In this document: one piece after another, positions 7,135-14,288 of the stretch
Layout of the letters: each line of letters starts with the position of its first letter
Position numbering within the stretch: position 1 is the first letter of the stretch
Source: a virus
Direction: 5' to 3' (one strand)
IMG/VR virus record: IMGVR_UViG_3300032157_000022
Span: 1 to 43,507 of that record
Length of the DNA stretch: 43,507 bases
Notes under the pieces: generated by a model
What the model was told of the DNA's origin: nothing
The model's database searches: none
Seen by the model: the letters and a program-made list of their open reading frames with translations, nothing else
Position numbers and translations under genes: made by a program

Positions 7135-7473
7135 ATGTCGATAAGTCATATTCATAAAGGAAAGCAGCCGAACCGGCCCCATTTCATCCCGGAATGGGCT
7201 GAGCGGCGAGGTTATGCCAACCAAGCGGAACTTGCGGAGGCCTTAGATGCCGACAAAAGTGTCGTTTCACGATGGTATAACGGAACATCCCCTAGCAAGG
7301 AGTGGCAAAGGAAGCTGGCCTTGCTGTTCGATTGCGAAAGAGACGGCATTTTTAGGCATCCGGACGACGATTGGATTGCCAAATTCTTCCGCGATCGGTC
7401 CGCAGACGAAATCAGCCGCATGAAGCAGATGCTTGAAGCGGCGTTCCCAAAGGCCAAGCGAACCGGGACTTAA
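7135..7473 (+). CDS. CI-like HTH repressor candidate (112 aa)
   Basis: GYANQAELAEALDADKSVVSRWYNG is an XRE-type HTH. Divergent from the Cro-like gene. ATG at 7135 within ORF 7084..7473. Confidence 0.65.
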   Translation: MSISHIHKGKQPNRPHFIPEWAERRGYANQAELAEALDADKSVVSRWYNGTSPSKEWQRKLALLFDCERDGIFRHPDDDWIAKFFRDRSADEISRMKQMLEAAFPKAKRTGT

Positions 7474-7474
7474 G

Positions 7475-7489
7475 GGCAGCATTACTGCC
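7475..7489 (+). terminator. Weak hairpin after the repressor gene (GGCAG-CATTA-CTGCC)
   Basis: 5-bp stem and a poor U-tract (TAAACTTT). Confidence 0.25.
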
Positions 7490-7510
7490 TAAACTTTGGT
7501 CCGGTAAAAA

Positions 7511-7567
7511 AGTTGCAAGTTGCGCACTTTTCCTCTTGCGGCGGGTTGCAAGTTGTGCAACTAATAT
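7511..7567 (+). promoter_or_regulatory. PL-like control region: two tandem TTGCAAGTTG(C/T)GCA(C/A) motifs 33 bp apart, followed by a TAATAT -10-like box
   Basis: AGTTGCAAGTTGCGCACT (7511..7528), GTTGCAAGTTGTGCAACTA (7545..7563), TAATAT (7562..7567). Upstream of the first plus-strand operon gene at 7603. Confidence 0.5.
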
Positions 7568-7602
7568 CTCCATCGACGAACACCCCGTGATGGAGAGACG
7601 AG

Positions 7603-7770
7603 ATGACCGCAGCCCAGAAGACAGCAGCCGCCGCCCTCGCCGCCTCCAAGGGCTACGCCGCCAGCCAGATCACCAAGATCAACCTGACCGACGCGGGCGC
7701 GCTGGCCTCCATCGAACTCGGCGCCGACGCGGACGGCTTCGGCATCTTCGTTCTCAACTTCGCGATCTGA
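7603..7770 (+). CDS. Hypothetical protein (55 aa)
   Basis: Not in the ORF track (<60 aa). GGAGAGACGAG-ATG. Translates to MTAAQKTAAAALAASKGYAASQITKINLTDAGALASIELGADADGFGIFVLNFAI, with GC-rich third positions. Confidence 0.55.
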   Translation: MTAAQKTAAAALAASKGYAASQITKINLTDAGALASIELGADADGFGIFVLNFAI

Positions 7771-7776
7771 GCGGTC

Positions 7777-8037
7777 ATGCCCCGATACTTCGTCAGCATC
7801 TACACGGACGGCCCGGCTACACGCTGGAACGTCATCGATCGCCGAACGCAGGAATGGGTGCGGCGCTTTTCGACCGAGCAAGAAGCGCTCGGTTATGCGG
7901 CTGCTTTGAACGACCCCCTCACCCTCCAAGGGCAAAACAACATGAGCCGCGACATCCTTATCGACCGCGCCCTTATCTTGATCATCTCGCTTTTGATGGC
8001 TGCTCCGATCTCCGTTGCTTCCAAGTGGGTGTTTTGA
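7777..8037 (+). CDS. Hypothetical protein (86 aa), C-terminal TM segment
   Basis: ORF track. TGATG coupling to the next ORF. Confidence 0.55.
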   Translation: MPRYFVSIYTDGPATRWNVIDRRTQEWVRRFSTEQEALGYAAALNDPLTLQGQNNMSRDILIDRALILIISLLMAAPISVASKWVF

Positions 8038-8243
8038 TGATCCGCTCAGCCAACCTTTGTGACAAGTGCGACGCGCCGACAGCCAATGCCGAGAACGATT
8101 ATAGCGAGTTCATTTGCGAAGACTGCGAGCAGAACGCCGCTGAGGCTGCATGGGAACGTCACTGCGAGGACTTCCACGACGGCGGCTGCACTCGGTTCAA
8201 CAGCCTGCAACAGCAGCAAGCGGATGCGAGGAAACTCAAGTGA
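8037..8243 (+). CDS. Cys-rich (zinc-ribbon-like) small protein (68 aa)
   Basis: MIRSANLCDKCDAP...FICEDCEQN.. This is the only credible part of the long ORF 7536..8243. Confidence 0.5.
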   Translation: MIRSANLCDKCDAPTANAENDYSEFICEDCEQNAAEAAWERHCEDFHDGGCTRFNSLQQQQADARKLK

Positions 8244-8419
8244 GCGGCCATCCGAAGATGCTCCCAGCTCAGCCCGGCATCAACGCCAAGCGCGCGGAAT
8301 GGATCGACATCAACGCGATGGATGCGATCGATCCGGTTCATCAGCCGCGCAAGCTCACGCATGACCAAGCAGACGAAAACCTTTTCAGCATCGAGAACGG
8401 CGACGGGGAGATTTATTAA
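8240..8419 (+). CDS. Hypothetical protein (59 aa)
   Basis: GTG start in a GTGA overlap with the upstream stop, within ORF 8150..8419. Confidence 0.4.
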   Translation: MSGHPKMLPAQPGINAKRAEWIDINAMDAIDPVHQPRKLTHDQADENLFSIENGDGEIY

Positions 8420-8420
8420 A

Positions 8421-8714
8421 ATGCACACTTCATTCGAAGACAACGCCATTCTCGGCAAGTTCAACGACAACGTTCGCGCAGAAGACCTGCAGCTTGATTG
8501 CTGGCGCGCTCAGAGCGAGCCCGTTCCAATCTCCAAGCTCAACCGACAGGCTTATGCGGTAGCCAAGCTGGTCGGACACTGTGAGGCGATCGTCGGCAGC
8601 GGGCTTTTACCTGAGCCATCTGAACAATCGCTGCGGCTTCTAATCGCTGAGGCGCTGATCGCGTTCGGGATGGACAGCCATCAGGCCGCGGTTAAGGCCG
8701 AAATGGAGAGATAA
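8421..8714 (+). CDS. Hypothetical protein (97 aa)
   Basis: ATG 8421 lies 1 nt after the upstream stop, within ORF 8322..8714. Confidence 0.5.
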   Translation: MHTSFEDNAILGKFNDNVRAEDLQLDCWRAQSEPVPISKLNRQAYAVAKLVGHCEAIVGSGLLPEPSEQSLRLLIAEALIAFGMDSHQAAVKAEMER

Positions 8715-8771
8715 CGACCAGTAAGGCAGAGCTGGAAGCAAATCTGCTGAACCCAACCGAAAGTACACGAC

Positions 8772-9185
8772 ATGAAAATCTCAAGCGCCTTCCCGTCAAA
8801 CTACCTCAAGGCCGCCGACCTGCAGGACCGCAACGTCATGGTCAAGATGGATCGTGTCTCACTCGAAAAGATCGGCGACGACGAAAAGCCCGTTCTCTAC
8901 TTTGTCGGTAAGGAAAAGGGCATGGTTTTGAACAAGACCAACGCTCAGAACATCGCAATCGTTTACGGAGACGACACGACCGATTGGCGTGACCAGGATC
9001 TGGTGCTGTTTACAGCCATGGTCGATTTCCAGGGAAAGACGGTGGAGGCCATTCGCGTTCGCGCACCGCAGCCAAAGGACAGGCGCCCGGCTCCGCGTCA
9101 AGCCGATCCTATTTCCAGCGGCCCGCAACGGCAGACCGGCGGAGTAAGCGACACCCAGCTTACCGACGACGAAATACCGTTCTGA
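8772..9185 (+). CDS. Protein with SSB-type C-terminal acidic tip (..DTQLTDDEIPF); candidate non-canonical ssDNA-binding protein
   Basis: 137 aa. The terminal DDEIPF mirrors the bacterial SSB tip DDDIPF, preceded by a Pro/Gln/Arg-rich linker. The N-terminal domain is not a canonical SSB sequence. Confidence 0.5.
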   Translation: MKISSAFPSNYLKAADLQDRNVMVKMDRVSLEKIGDDEKPVLYFVGKEKGMVLNKTNAQNIAIVYGDDTTDWRDQDLVLFTAMVDFQGKTVEAIRVRAPQPKDRRPAPRQADPISSGPQRQTGGVSDTQLTDDEIPF

Positions 9186-9195
9186 GGACTGATCC

Positions 9196-9687
9196 ATGAC
9201 TGCCTTTCGCGCCACGTATTCTGACTGGAAGCTGATCAAGACCCGTGGCGTCGTCCAGGTTGTCATGGAAGTCCCGTTGGCTGATGCCGATGAAGCTTAT
9301 GACGTTCTCGGCGGCATGCCCGTGCACGGCAAAGAACGCTGGTTCGGGATTGCCGCCCTCAAGTCCACCACGAAGGAGGCGCCCGCGCAGCCCCGTCAGG
9401 AAAGTCCCCCAAGCTCCCGCCCTGACGGGGCACGGCGGCCATGGCGCGATCTGTCGCCACAACAACAAGCAGGCATGCACGGAAACGACCCTATCTTTGA
9501 GGCGTTCCTGAAAGAGCAACGACCGGACGATTGGCACGAAGCGCAGGAAGCGGCCGCGTGTATCCGCCTGATATGCGGCGTCGCCTCCAGATCGGAACTG
9601 ATCACAAACCACAAGGCTCGCGTGATTTGGAAACAGCTAGACGACGAATTTCAGGCGTGGCGAGCACTCGAAAGGGTTGGAGCATGA
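9196..9687 (+). CDS. Hypothetical protein (163 aa)
   Basis: ORF track. ATGA overlap with the next gene. Confidence 0.6.
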   Translation: MTAFRATYSDWKLIKTRGVVQVVMEVPLADADEAYDVLGGMPVHGKERWFGIAALKSTTKEAPAQPRQESPPSSRPDGARRPWRDLSPQQQAGMHGNDPIFEAFLKEQRPDDWHEAQEAAACIRLICGVASRSELITNHKARVIWKQLDDEFQAWRALERVGA

Positions 9688-10070
9688 CCTCCCTTCTCGG
9701 CCACAAACGACGCGAGTTCACGCAGAAGGTCCGCAAGGAAGCCTTGCGCCGCTGCACCCGTAACAGCAAGCCCCACTGCGAGACATGCGACACCGAGTTG
9801 AATGAGCGCACGGGGATCATCTTTGAACACGTCATACCCGATGGATTAGGTGGCGAACCAACCCTGGATAACTGCAAGGTCCATTGCAAGACCTGCGCCG
9901 ATATCAAGACGCATACAGAGGACAATCCGCGCATGCGCAAGGCCGACCGTACCGTGAAAAAGCGGTTCGGACTGCGGCCCGAGCGCCAGAAAATCCAGTC
10001 AGCAGGATTCGCCAAACGCCAGCCACAGAGAACTGCATCGCGGCCGATCGTTAGGCACTCGCAGTCGTGA
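9684..10070 (+). CDS. HNH endonuclease (128 aa)
   Basis: CETCDTEL...FEHVIPDGLGGEPTLDNCKVHCKTCADIKT (Cys-pair plus H-N-H core). ATG 9684 within ORF 9531..10070. Confidence 0.7.
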   Translation: MTSLLGHKRREFTQKVRKEALRRCTRNSKPHCETCDTELNERTGIIFEHVIPDGLGGEPTLDNCKVHCKTCADIKTHTEDNPRMRKADRTVKKRFGLRPERQKIQSAGFAKRQPQRTASRPIVRHSQS

Positions 10071-10083
10071 AGGAGAACGGCAA

Positions 10084-10638
10084 TTGACTAAGAACTGCGC
10101 CCACTGCGGAACCGAGTTCAAGACTTCTTCCGCAAAGCAGAAGTGCTGTAGCCACCGATGCGCCATGAACCACAAGGTAACGCACGGCCACAGTCAGCAC
10201 GGAGAGCTTTCGGTGACATACATTTCTTGGCGTGACATGAAGCGTCGCTGCCTACGGTCATCGTGCGCAGAATGGAAACACTACGGCGGCCGCGGCATCG
10301 CGCTTGATCCGCGCTGGTGGGATTTCAAGAACTTCCTTGAGGACATGGGCGAGAAGCCCGGCAAGGAATACTCGATTGAGCGGGTCGATAACGACGGAGA
10401 TTACGAGCTTTCGAACTGCAAATGGCTGAAGAGGGCCGAGCAGAGCCGCAACAGGAGCAATACCTTCACCGCAGAAGAAGACCAGCGGCTTAAGGACGAG
10501 ATAGCCAAGGGCCTCAACTTCACACAGATCGCCGCCGCGATGGGTATGACGAAGGGTTCGGTGACAGGCCGTGCCTACCGCATCGGTTTGAAATCAGGCG
10601 TCCCGCCAATTCCCAAAAAAGATAGGAAAGCCGCATGA
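10084..10638 (+). CDS. Zinc-ribbon / HNH_3-like domain fused to a C-terminal Myb/GcrA-like HTH
   Basis: TTG start after AAGGAG. CAHCG..CCSHRC. YGGRGIALDPRW..YSIERVDNDGDYELSNCKWLKRAEQSRN. C-terminal FTAEEDQRLKDEIAKGLNFTQIAAAMGMTKGSVTGRAYRIGL. Confidence 0.6.
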   Translation: MTKNCAHCGTEFKTSSAKQKCCSHRCAMNHKVTHGHSQHGELSVTYISWRDMKRRCLRSSCAEWKHYGGRGIALDPRWWDFKNFLEDMGEKPGKEYSIERVDNDGDYELSNCKWLKRAEQSRNRSNTFTAEEDQRLKDEIAKGLNFTQIAAAMGMTKGSVTGRAYRIGLKSGVPPIPKKDRKAA

Positions 10639-10760
10639 GCACTATCCAGCCCATGAGCATCGTGCTCCTCGCCATCGCCCGGCGCCGCGGCCGGGAGCAC
10701 GCGACGATCATGCGCGCCATAGCAGAGGCTCACAAGGCCAAGCGGAGGGGGAAGAAATGA
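10635..10760 (+). CDS. Micro-ORF (41 aa)
   Basis: Not in the track. ATGA overlaps at both ends. MSTIQPMSIVLLAIARRRGREHATIMRAIAEAHKAKRRGKK. Confidence 0.4.
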   Translation: MSTIQPMSIVLLAIARRRGREHATIMRAIAEAHKAKRRGKK

Positions 10761-10930
10761 GCGACATCATAGAACGCCTTCGCCAGTTTGCTGCATTTGG
10801 CGACACGCCTGATTGCCGGATAATGGCTCAGTTGGCGCTCACGAAGATCGAACAACTGGAAGCCGAACTGGCGAGCTGCCGAGCCTGCCGGGAGAAGATT
10901 GACTGTCTCTCGCGTGGAGCCGGATCATGA
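10757..10930 (+). CDS. Micro-ORF (57 aa)
   Basis: Not in the track. ATGA overlaps at both ends. MSDIIERLRQFAAFGDTPDCRIMAQLALTKIEQLEAELASCRACREKIDCLSRGAGS. Confidence 0.45.
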   Translation: MSDIIERLRQFAAFGDTPDCRIMAQLALTKIEQLEAELASCRACREKIDCLSRGAGS

Positions 10931-11199
10931 GCGTTCCATCCAATCCATATGTGCCAGACACGAGCCAGGGCGATCTACCGTGGCCGGAATACGACCAGTC
11001 TGATCTGGTCACGACCATGATCCAGTTGCGCGAATACAAGGCGCGCGCTGAGCAACTGAAAGGCGCGTTGCGGGCGATCATGACGGCAACCGTGGAAGGC
11101 CGGGTTTGCGACGACGTGGCGTGGTTCGATGGAATCACAACGCTGCACGACTTCTGCGATCTCGTTTTGAACGGACCAGACGCGGAGGTCGAATTGTGA
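10927..11199 (+). CDS. Hypothetical protein (90 aa)
   Basis: ORF track, coupled at both ends. Confidence 0.55.
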   Translation: MSVPSNPYVPDTSQGDLPWPEYDQSDLVTTMIQLREYKARAEQLKGALRAIMTATVEGRVCDDVAWFDGITTLHDFCDLVLNGPDAEVEL

Positions 11200-11306
11200 C
11201 CCGCAACGCGCTAGCCGTTCTTCTCGGCTTTGCCCTGGCATTCGGGCTCGAAAGGTCAGGGATGATCGAATTTATAAAGGCCATTCATTGGTGGAGCTTC
11301 AAATGA
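11196..11306 (+). CDS. Micro-ORF, membrane peptide (36 aa)
   Basis: GTG in a GTGA overlap. VTRNALAVLLGFALAFGLERSGMIEFIKAIHWWSFK. Confidence 0.35.
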   Translation: MTRNALAVLLGFALAFGLERSGMIEFIKAIHWWSFK

Positions 11307-12088
11307 GCGAACGATCTTCTTCTGACAGCGCTATAGCTATACTTGTCAAGACATTTGAGGAAATCAAATGCGGCGCACGAACGCTTGATCCGGCGACAGA
11401 AATAAAAATCGTCTTGCTAGAGCATGGACTATCCCTCCAGCCCGCCAGCCCAACGGCAGGAGAGCCGGAACTTAGCCCCATCGATGAGGCGCGCATCGAA
11501 TCCGGGTTCTATGCCAGTCTTGAATGCGGCGCGCTCAACATCTTTGAACCGGCCCCCGCATCCGATGCTGTAGCGGGTGACGCGAAGGCGTTCGACATTT
11601 GCGTAATGATTGTCGAGGAGGAGTGTTATCTGGATGAACCGAACTACCCTGCGAACAAGCATCAGCGGAGTGTCGGCTATGCTATCCGCGATCGTATCCG
11701 CGCTGCACAGAAAGAAGTAGCCCTCCGCTCCGATGCAGCGGGAGGCGAGAAACTCGGGAGCAGTGAGCCACTCGGACCGCACTACGACGGTACCACGATG
11801 GATAACCAGAAGCTCCATGCCGGACCGGGGGGCGGCATGACGACCCCCCACCATTCAGCGGGAGGCGTCACCAGTGGAGCGGCGACACCGCCAAACCGCG
11901 ACGCTCTAGCTTCCATGTTTCTGACGATGTGGAAGAACGGCAATTCGCCCCTACAAATCGCGGATGAAATAATGTCGCGGTTCACCAGTGCTGCCCAACA
12001 ATCAACGCACGGCGCACCATCCGACCGTCAATTCAGCGCCGACCTAGCAGATGATGCCGCTATGACGCAAAGCGAGTCCAGAAAATGA
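11303..12088 (+). CDS. Hypothetical protein (261 aa)
   Basis: ORF 11288..12088 trimmed to an ATG in an ATGA overlap. No recognisable motif. Confidence 0.6.
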   Translation: MSERSSSDSAIAILVKTFEEIKCGARTLDPATEIKIVLLEHGLSLQPASPTAGEPELSPIDEARIESGFYASLECGALNIFEPAPASDAVAGDAKAFDICVMIVEEECYLDEPNYPANKHQRSVGYAIRDRIRAAQKEVALRSDAAGGEKLGSSEPLGPHYDGTTMDNQKLHAGPGGGMTTPHHSAGGVTSGAATPPNRDALASMFLTMWKNGNSPLQIADEIMSRFTSAAQQSTHGAPSDRQFSADLADDAAMTQSESRK

Positions 12089-12261
12089 CCTGCCACACAT
12101 CGCCAACCAAATGCAATTACCCCGACTGTGCGTGTCCGCCAGACCGCACCGACGACGAAGCCAGTCTCCTACGCGAGCAGATCGACCTGCTCCTCAACAA
12201 GCGCCGCGCCCATCTCGAAGCCTACTACCAATCCGTCAAACGCCAGATAGGAATACGCTGA
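12085..12261 (+). CDS. Micro-ORF (58 aa), Cys-rich N-terminus
   Basis: Not in the track. ATGA overlap. MTCHTSPTKCNYPDCACPPDRTDDEASLLREQIDLLLNKRRAHLEAYYQSVKRQIGIR. Confidence 0.45.
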   Translation: MTCHTSPTKCNYPDCACPPDRTDDEASLLREQIDLLLNKRRAHLEAYYQSVKRQIGIR

Positions 12262-12446
12262 TGAGCCTGAACGGCCTTAGATACGGCGGCCAGTACGTCG
12301 GGAAGCGTCCTCCGACCTGGGCATTGAACCTGTTCGCTATCTTCGTATTCCTGCCGATCGCGCTGGTGTTCGTGGCTGGCGGCTGGATCTGGCTGGCGGT
12401 GACGTCTCTCACGCATACGCGCCCCAACCGCGGAGGTGCGGCATGA
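12261..12446 (+). CDS. Small membrane protein (61 aa)
   Basis: TGATG coupling. ..WALNLFAIFVFLPIALVFVAGGWIWLAVTSL.. Within ORF 12111..12446. Confidence 0.45.
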   Translation: MSLNGLRYGGQYVGKRPPTWALNLFAIFVFLPIALVFVAGGWIWLAVTSLTHTRPNRGGAA

Positions 12447-12643
12447 TATTCACTCAGAAATTTGTCGGGGATATGTGCGAATCCATCGAGAGCATGAAGC
12501 TGACGCCAGCAAAGAAGGAGTTTGCCAAAGCCGTCATGCGCGCCGCGATCGACTACGCCAACGCAAAGAACCATATGCACGCCTCGCCAGAAGCGAGGGC
12601 TCTCGCGCATCCTTCGCAAGTGCATCACACCCAGGGGGAATAG
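12443..12643 (+). CDS. Hypothetical protein (66 aa)
   Basis: ORF track, ATGA overlap. Confidence 0.5.
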   Translation: MIFTQKFVGDMCESIESMKLTPAKKEFAKAVMRAAIDYANAKNHMHASPEARALAHPSQVHHTQGE

Positions 12644-12985
12644 ATGACCTTTGAAACTCAATATACGGTTACTGATTGGGCGGACGCAACGTTCGGTCCA
12701 GCATCGTCTAACGCTCGCGTAGCAGCCCGCGCGAACGAGGAAATGGCCGAGCTGCTGCGAGCCTTGACAGCCGATGATGAGCACGAGAAGGCCGCGGAGG
12801 AAGTCGCGGATATTGTAATCGTGCTTTGCCGTCTCATGACGCGCCTCGGCCGAGATCTCCCCGAGGAGATCGATCGTAAGATGGAGATCAACAGAAAGCG
12901 CCAGTGGAATCTGACAAAGGACGGGCACGGCTACCACGTCCGCAACAAGGTATCGCTCTCTCCCCAGGAGAGCGCCAATGACTGA
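12644..12985 (+). CDS. MazG-like nucleotide pyrophosphohydrolase
   Basis: ..ARANEEMAELLRAL...EKAAEEVADIVIVLCRLMTRLG.DL..EIDRKMEINRKR. An E-x-x-E..E-x-x-D helix pair typical of the all-alpha NTP-PPase fold. Confidence 0.65.
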   Translation: MTFETQYTVTDWADATFGPASSNARVAARANEEMAELLRALTADDEHEKAAEEVADIVIVLCRLMTRLGRDLPEEIDRKMEINRKRQWNLTKDGHGYHVRNKVSLSPQESAND

Positions 12986-13238
12986 CGAGCAGATCAACAT
13001 CTTGAAAACTGTGGCTGAGACTGGCCGCGTTCACCAGGACACATTCAGCGGCAAGGGAAAGGGCATAGGCAGGGGCATCGGGTTCGTTGTCGGCGGCCTT
13101 GTGCGGCGCGGGTGGTTGGAGTGGGAGCGCGGCCGAGCGCCACACTCGCTCAATGCAACCGCGCTTCTTATCACCGACCTCGGCCGGAAGGCCCTAGCCG
13201 CTGCTGTGGGAAGAGAGCAAGAGCCCCCGCCACGTTAG
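12978..13238 (+). CDS. Hypothetical protein (86 aa), possibly winged-helix
   Basis: ORF track. Last gene before an AT-rich break. Confidence 0.5.
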   Translation: MTDEQINILKTVAETGRVHQDTFSGKGKGIGRGIGFVVGGLVRRGWLEWERGRAPHSLNATALLITDLGRKALAAAVGREQEPPPR

Positions 13239-13299
13239 GTTTTCGACAATTAATTAAATGCCGGAAAGCTAACGAGGCCAGTTTGTAACATTTCGTGAA

Positions 13300-13338
13300 T
13301 ACGAAAGACTTGCGTAGTACGAAAAAGTTGCGTATATT
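13300..13338 (+). promoter_or_regulatory. Tandem 17-mers TACGAAAGACTTGCGTA / TACGAAAAAGTTGCGTA overlapping a promoter-like TTGCGT-N17-TATATT
   Basis: 13300..13316 is a near-perfect palindrome (2 mismatches). 13318..13334 is its direct repeat. -35 at 13310..13315 and -10 at 13333..13338. AT-rich 125-bp gap. Confidence 0.45.
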
Positions 13339-13363
13339 GTTTTCATCAGAACGGGAGATGGAA

Positions 13364-13573
13364 ATGACCAACCAGTACCAAATCAACGCCTTCTACGCGG
13401 TGTCCAAGGCCAAGGAAGCAGTGCAGAGCTGGGAAGCCGGAGTTGCCAAGGCGAAGGAAATGGGAGCCTCGGCGTCGGACCTGGAATTTTGTGAGGGAAG
13501 CCTGCGGATGTGCCGGGAAAATCTGGCGAAGGTCCAGCGGGACGTGAAAGAGAACTGGACCGCTTACCTCTGA
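13364..13573 (+). CDS. Hypothetical protein (69 aa)
   Basis: ATG 13364 lies 7 nt after GGGAG, within ORF 13295..13573. Confidence 0.5.
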   Translation: MTNQYQINAFYAVSKAKEAVQSWEAGVAKAKEMGASASDLEFCEGSLRMCRENLAKVQRDVKENWTAYL

Positions 13574-13575
13574 CC

Positions 13576-13600
13576 AAAAAGCCGGGCGCAAATGCCCGGC
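13576..13600. other. 7-bp GC hairpin GCCGGGC-GCAAAT-GCCCGGC preceded by AAAAA. Its loop and 3' arm contain the next ATG
   Basis: Read directly. The U-tract is present only for the minus-strand reading. Confidence 0.5.
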
Positions 13601-13918
13601 AACCACCCCGAGGACGCCGTGAAACTTTCAGAACGCGCCATGATCCACGCCGAGAACACGCAATCCGAGGGATGGTACACGACCGCTAATGTTCTGGCAG
13701 AATGCGCCGAGGCCCTCGATGAGGAATCGGCAATGACCCCCAAGCAATACAAAACCATCATAGACGACCTTGGCATGACCCAGGAGGGCGCCGGCGAGTG
13801 GCTCGGAGTATCGGCGAGGACCGGCCAAAACTACGCCGCCAAGGGGCCGCCAGAGCCCGTAGCGAAGCTTCTGCGGTTGATGATCCGGCTAAAGCTAAAG
13901 CCCGAGGATGTGAAATGA
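13592..13918 (+). CDS. HTH DNA-binding protein (108 aa; alternative start at 13733 with a GAGGAA SD gives 61 aa)
   Basis: C-terminal TPKQYKTIIDDLGMTQEGAGEWLGVSARTGQNYAAKG is an HTH. The upstream part has coding-like GC3. Confidence 0.55.
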   Translation: MPGNHPEDAVKLSERAMIHAENTQSEGWYTTANVLAECAEALDEESAMTPKQYKTIIDDLGMTQEGAGEWLGVSARTGQNYAAKGPPEPVAKLLRLMIRLKLKPEDVK

Positions 13919-14100
13919 CCGATGCCGAGATTTTTATTGCTTCGATCCGAACTCGGGTCGGACAGATCAAGAAGGCTCAAGAAAATCTGACGGCCGGTTC
14001 GTGGCACCAGATCGAACTGGCTTGCGACAAGCTCCTCGACGAGGCCCGAACATTTGAGCGCAGGCTTGCGCTGTCTCCGTCGCACGGCGATACCCCATGA
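13915..14100 (+). CDS. Hypothetical protein (61 aa)
   Basis: ATGA overlap, within ORF 13798..14100. Confidence 0.45.
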   Translation: MTDAEIFIASIRTRVGQIKKAQENLTAGSWHQIELACDKLLDEARTFERRLALSPSHGDTP

Positions 14101-14288
14101 CGCGCGCCGTCGCCTTTACCAAAGCCCAGGTTCGCCGCGCCGTGAAGGCTGCGGAGAGCGCCGGCTTGCGGGTTCAAAGGGTGACGGTAAACCGAGACGG
14201 ATCAATCACGGTAGATGGCGGGGAAACACCCTCTGTTCCCGTTGACAGCCAGAACAAAGAACTCGCAGCATCGTGGGATGATTTGTGA
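14097..14288 (+). CDS. Hypothetical protein upstream of integrase (63 aa); directionality-factor candidate by position only
   Basis: ORF track. ATGA overlap upstream and an overlap with the int start. Confidence 0.5.
   Translation: MTRAVAFTKAQVRRAVKAAESAGLRVQRVTVNRDGSITVDGGETPSVPVDSQNKELAASWDDL

Noticed and set aside
7536-8243. 235-aa plus-strand ORF (Arg/Pro/His-rich)
   Set aside because: Only its last 68 codons (8037..8243) look coding. The region is better explained by three separate coupled ORFs in other frames (7603, 7777, 8037).
12236-13000. 254-aa minus-strand ORF across the MazG region
   Set aside because: It is antisense to a chain of coupled plus-strand genes with recognisable motifs. 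No start context, shadow-frame composition.
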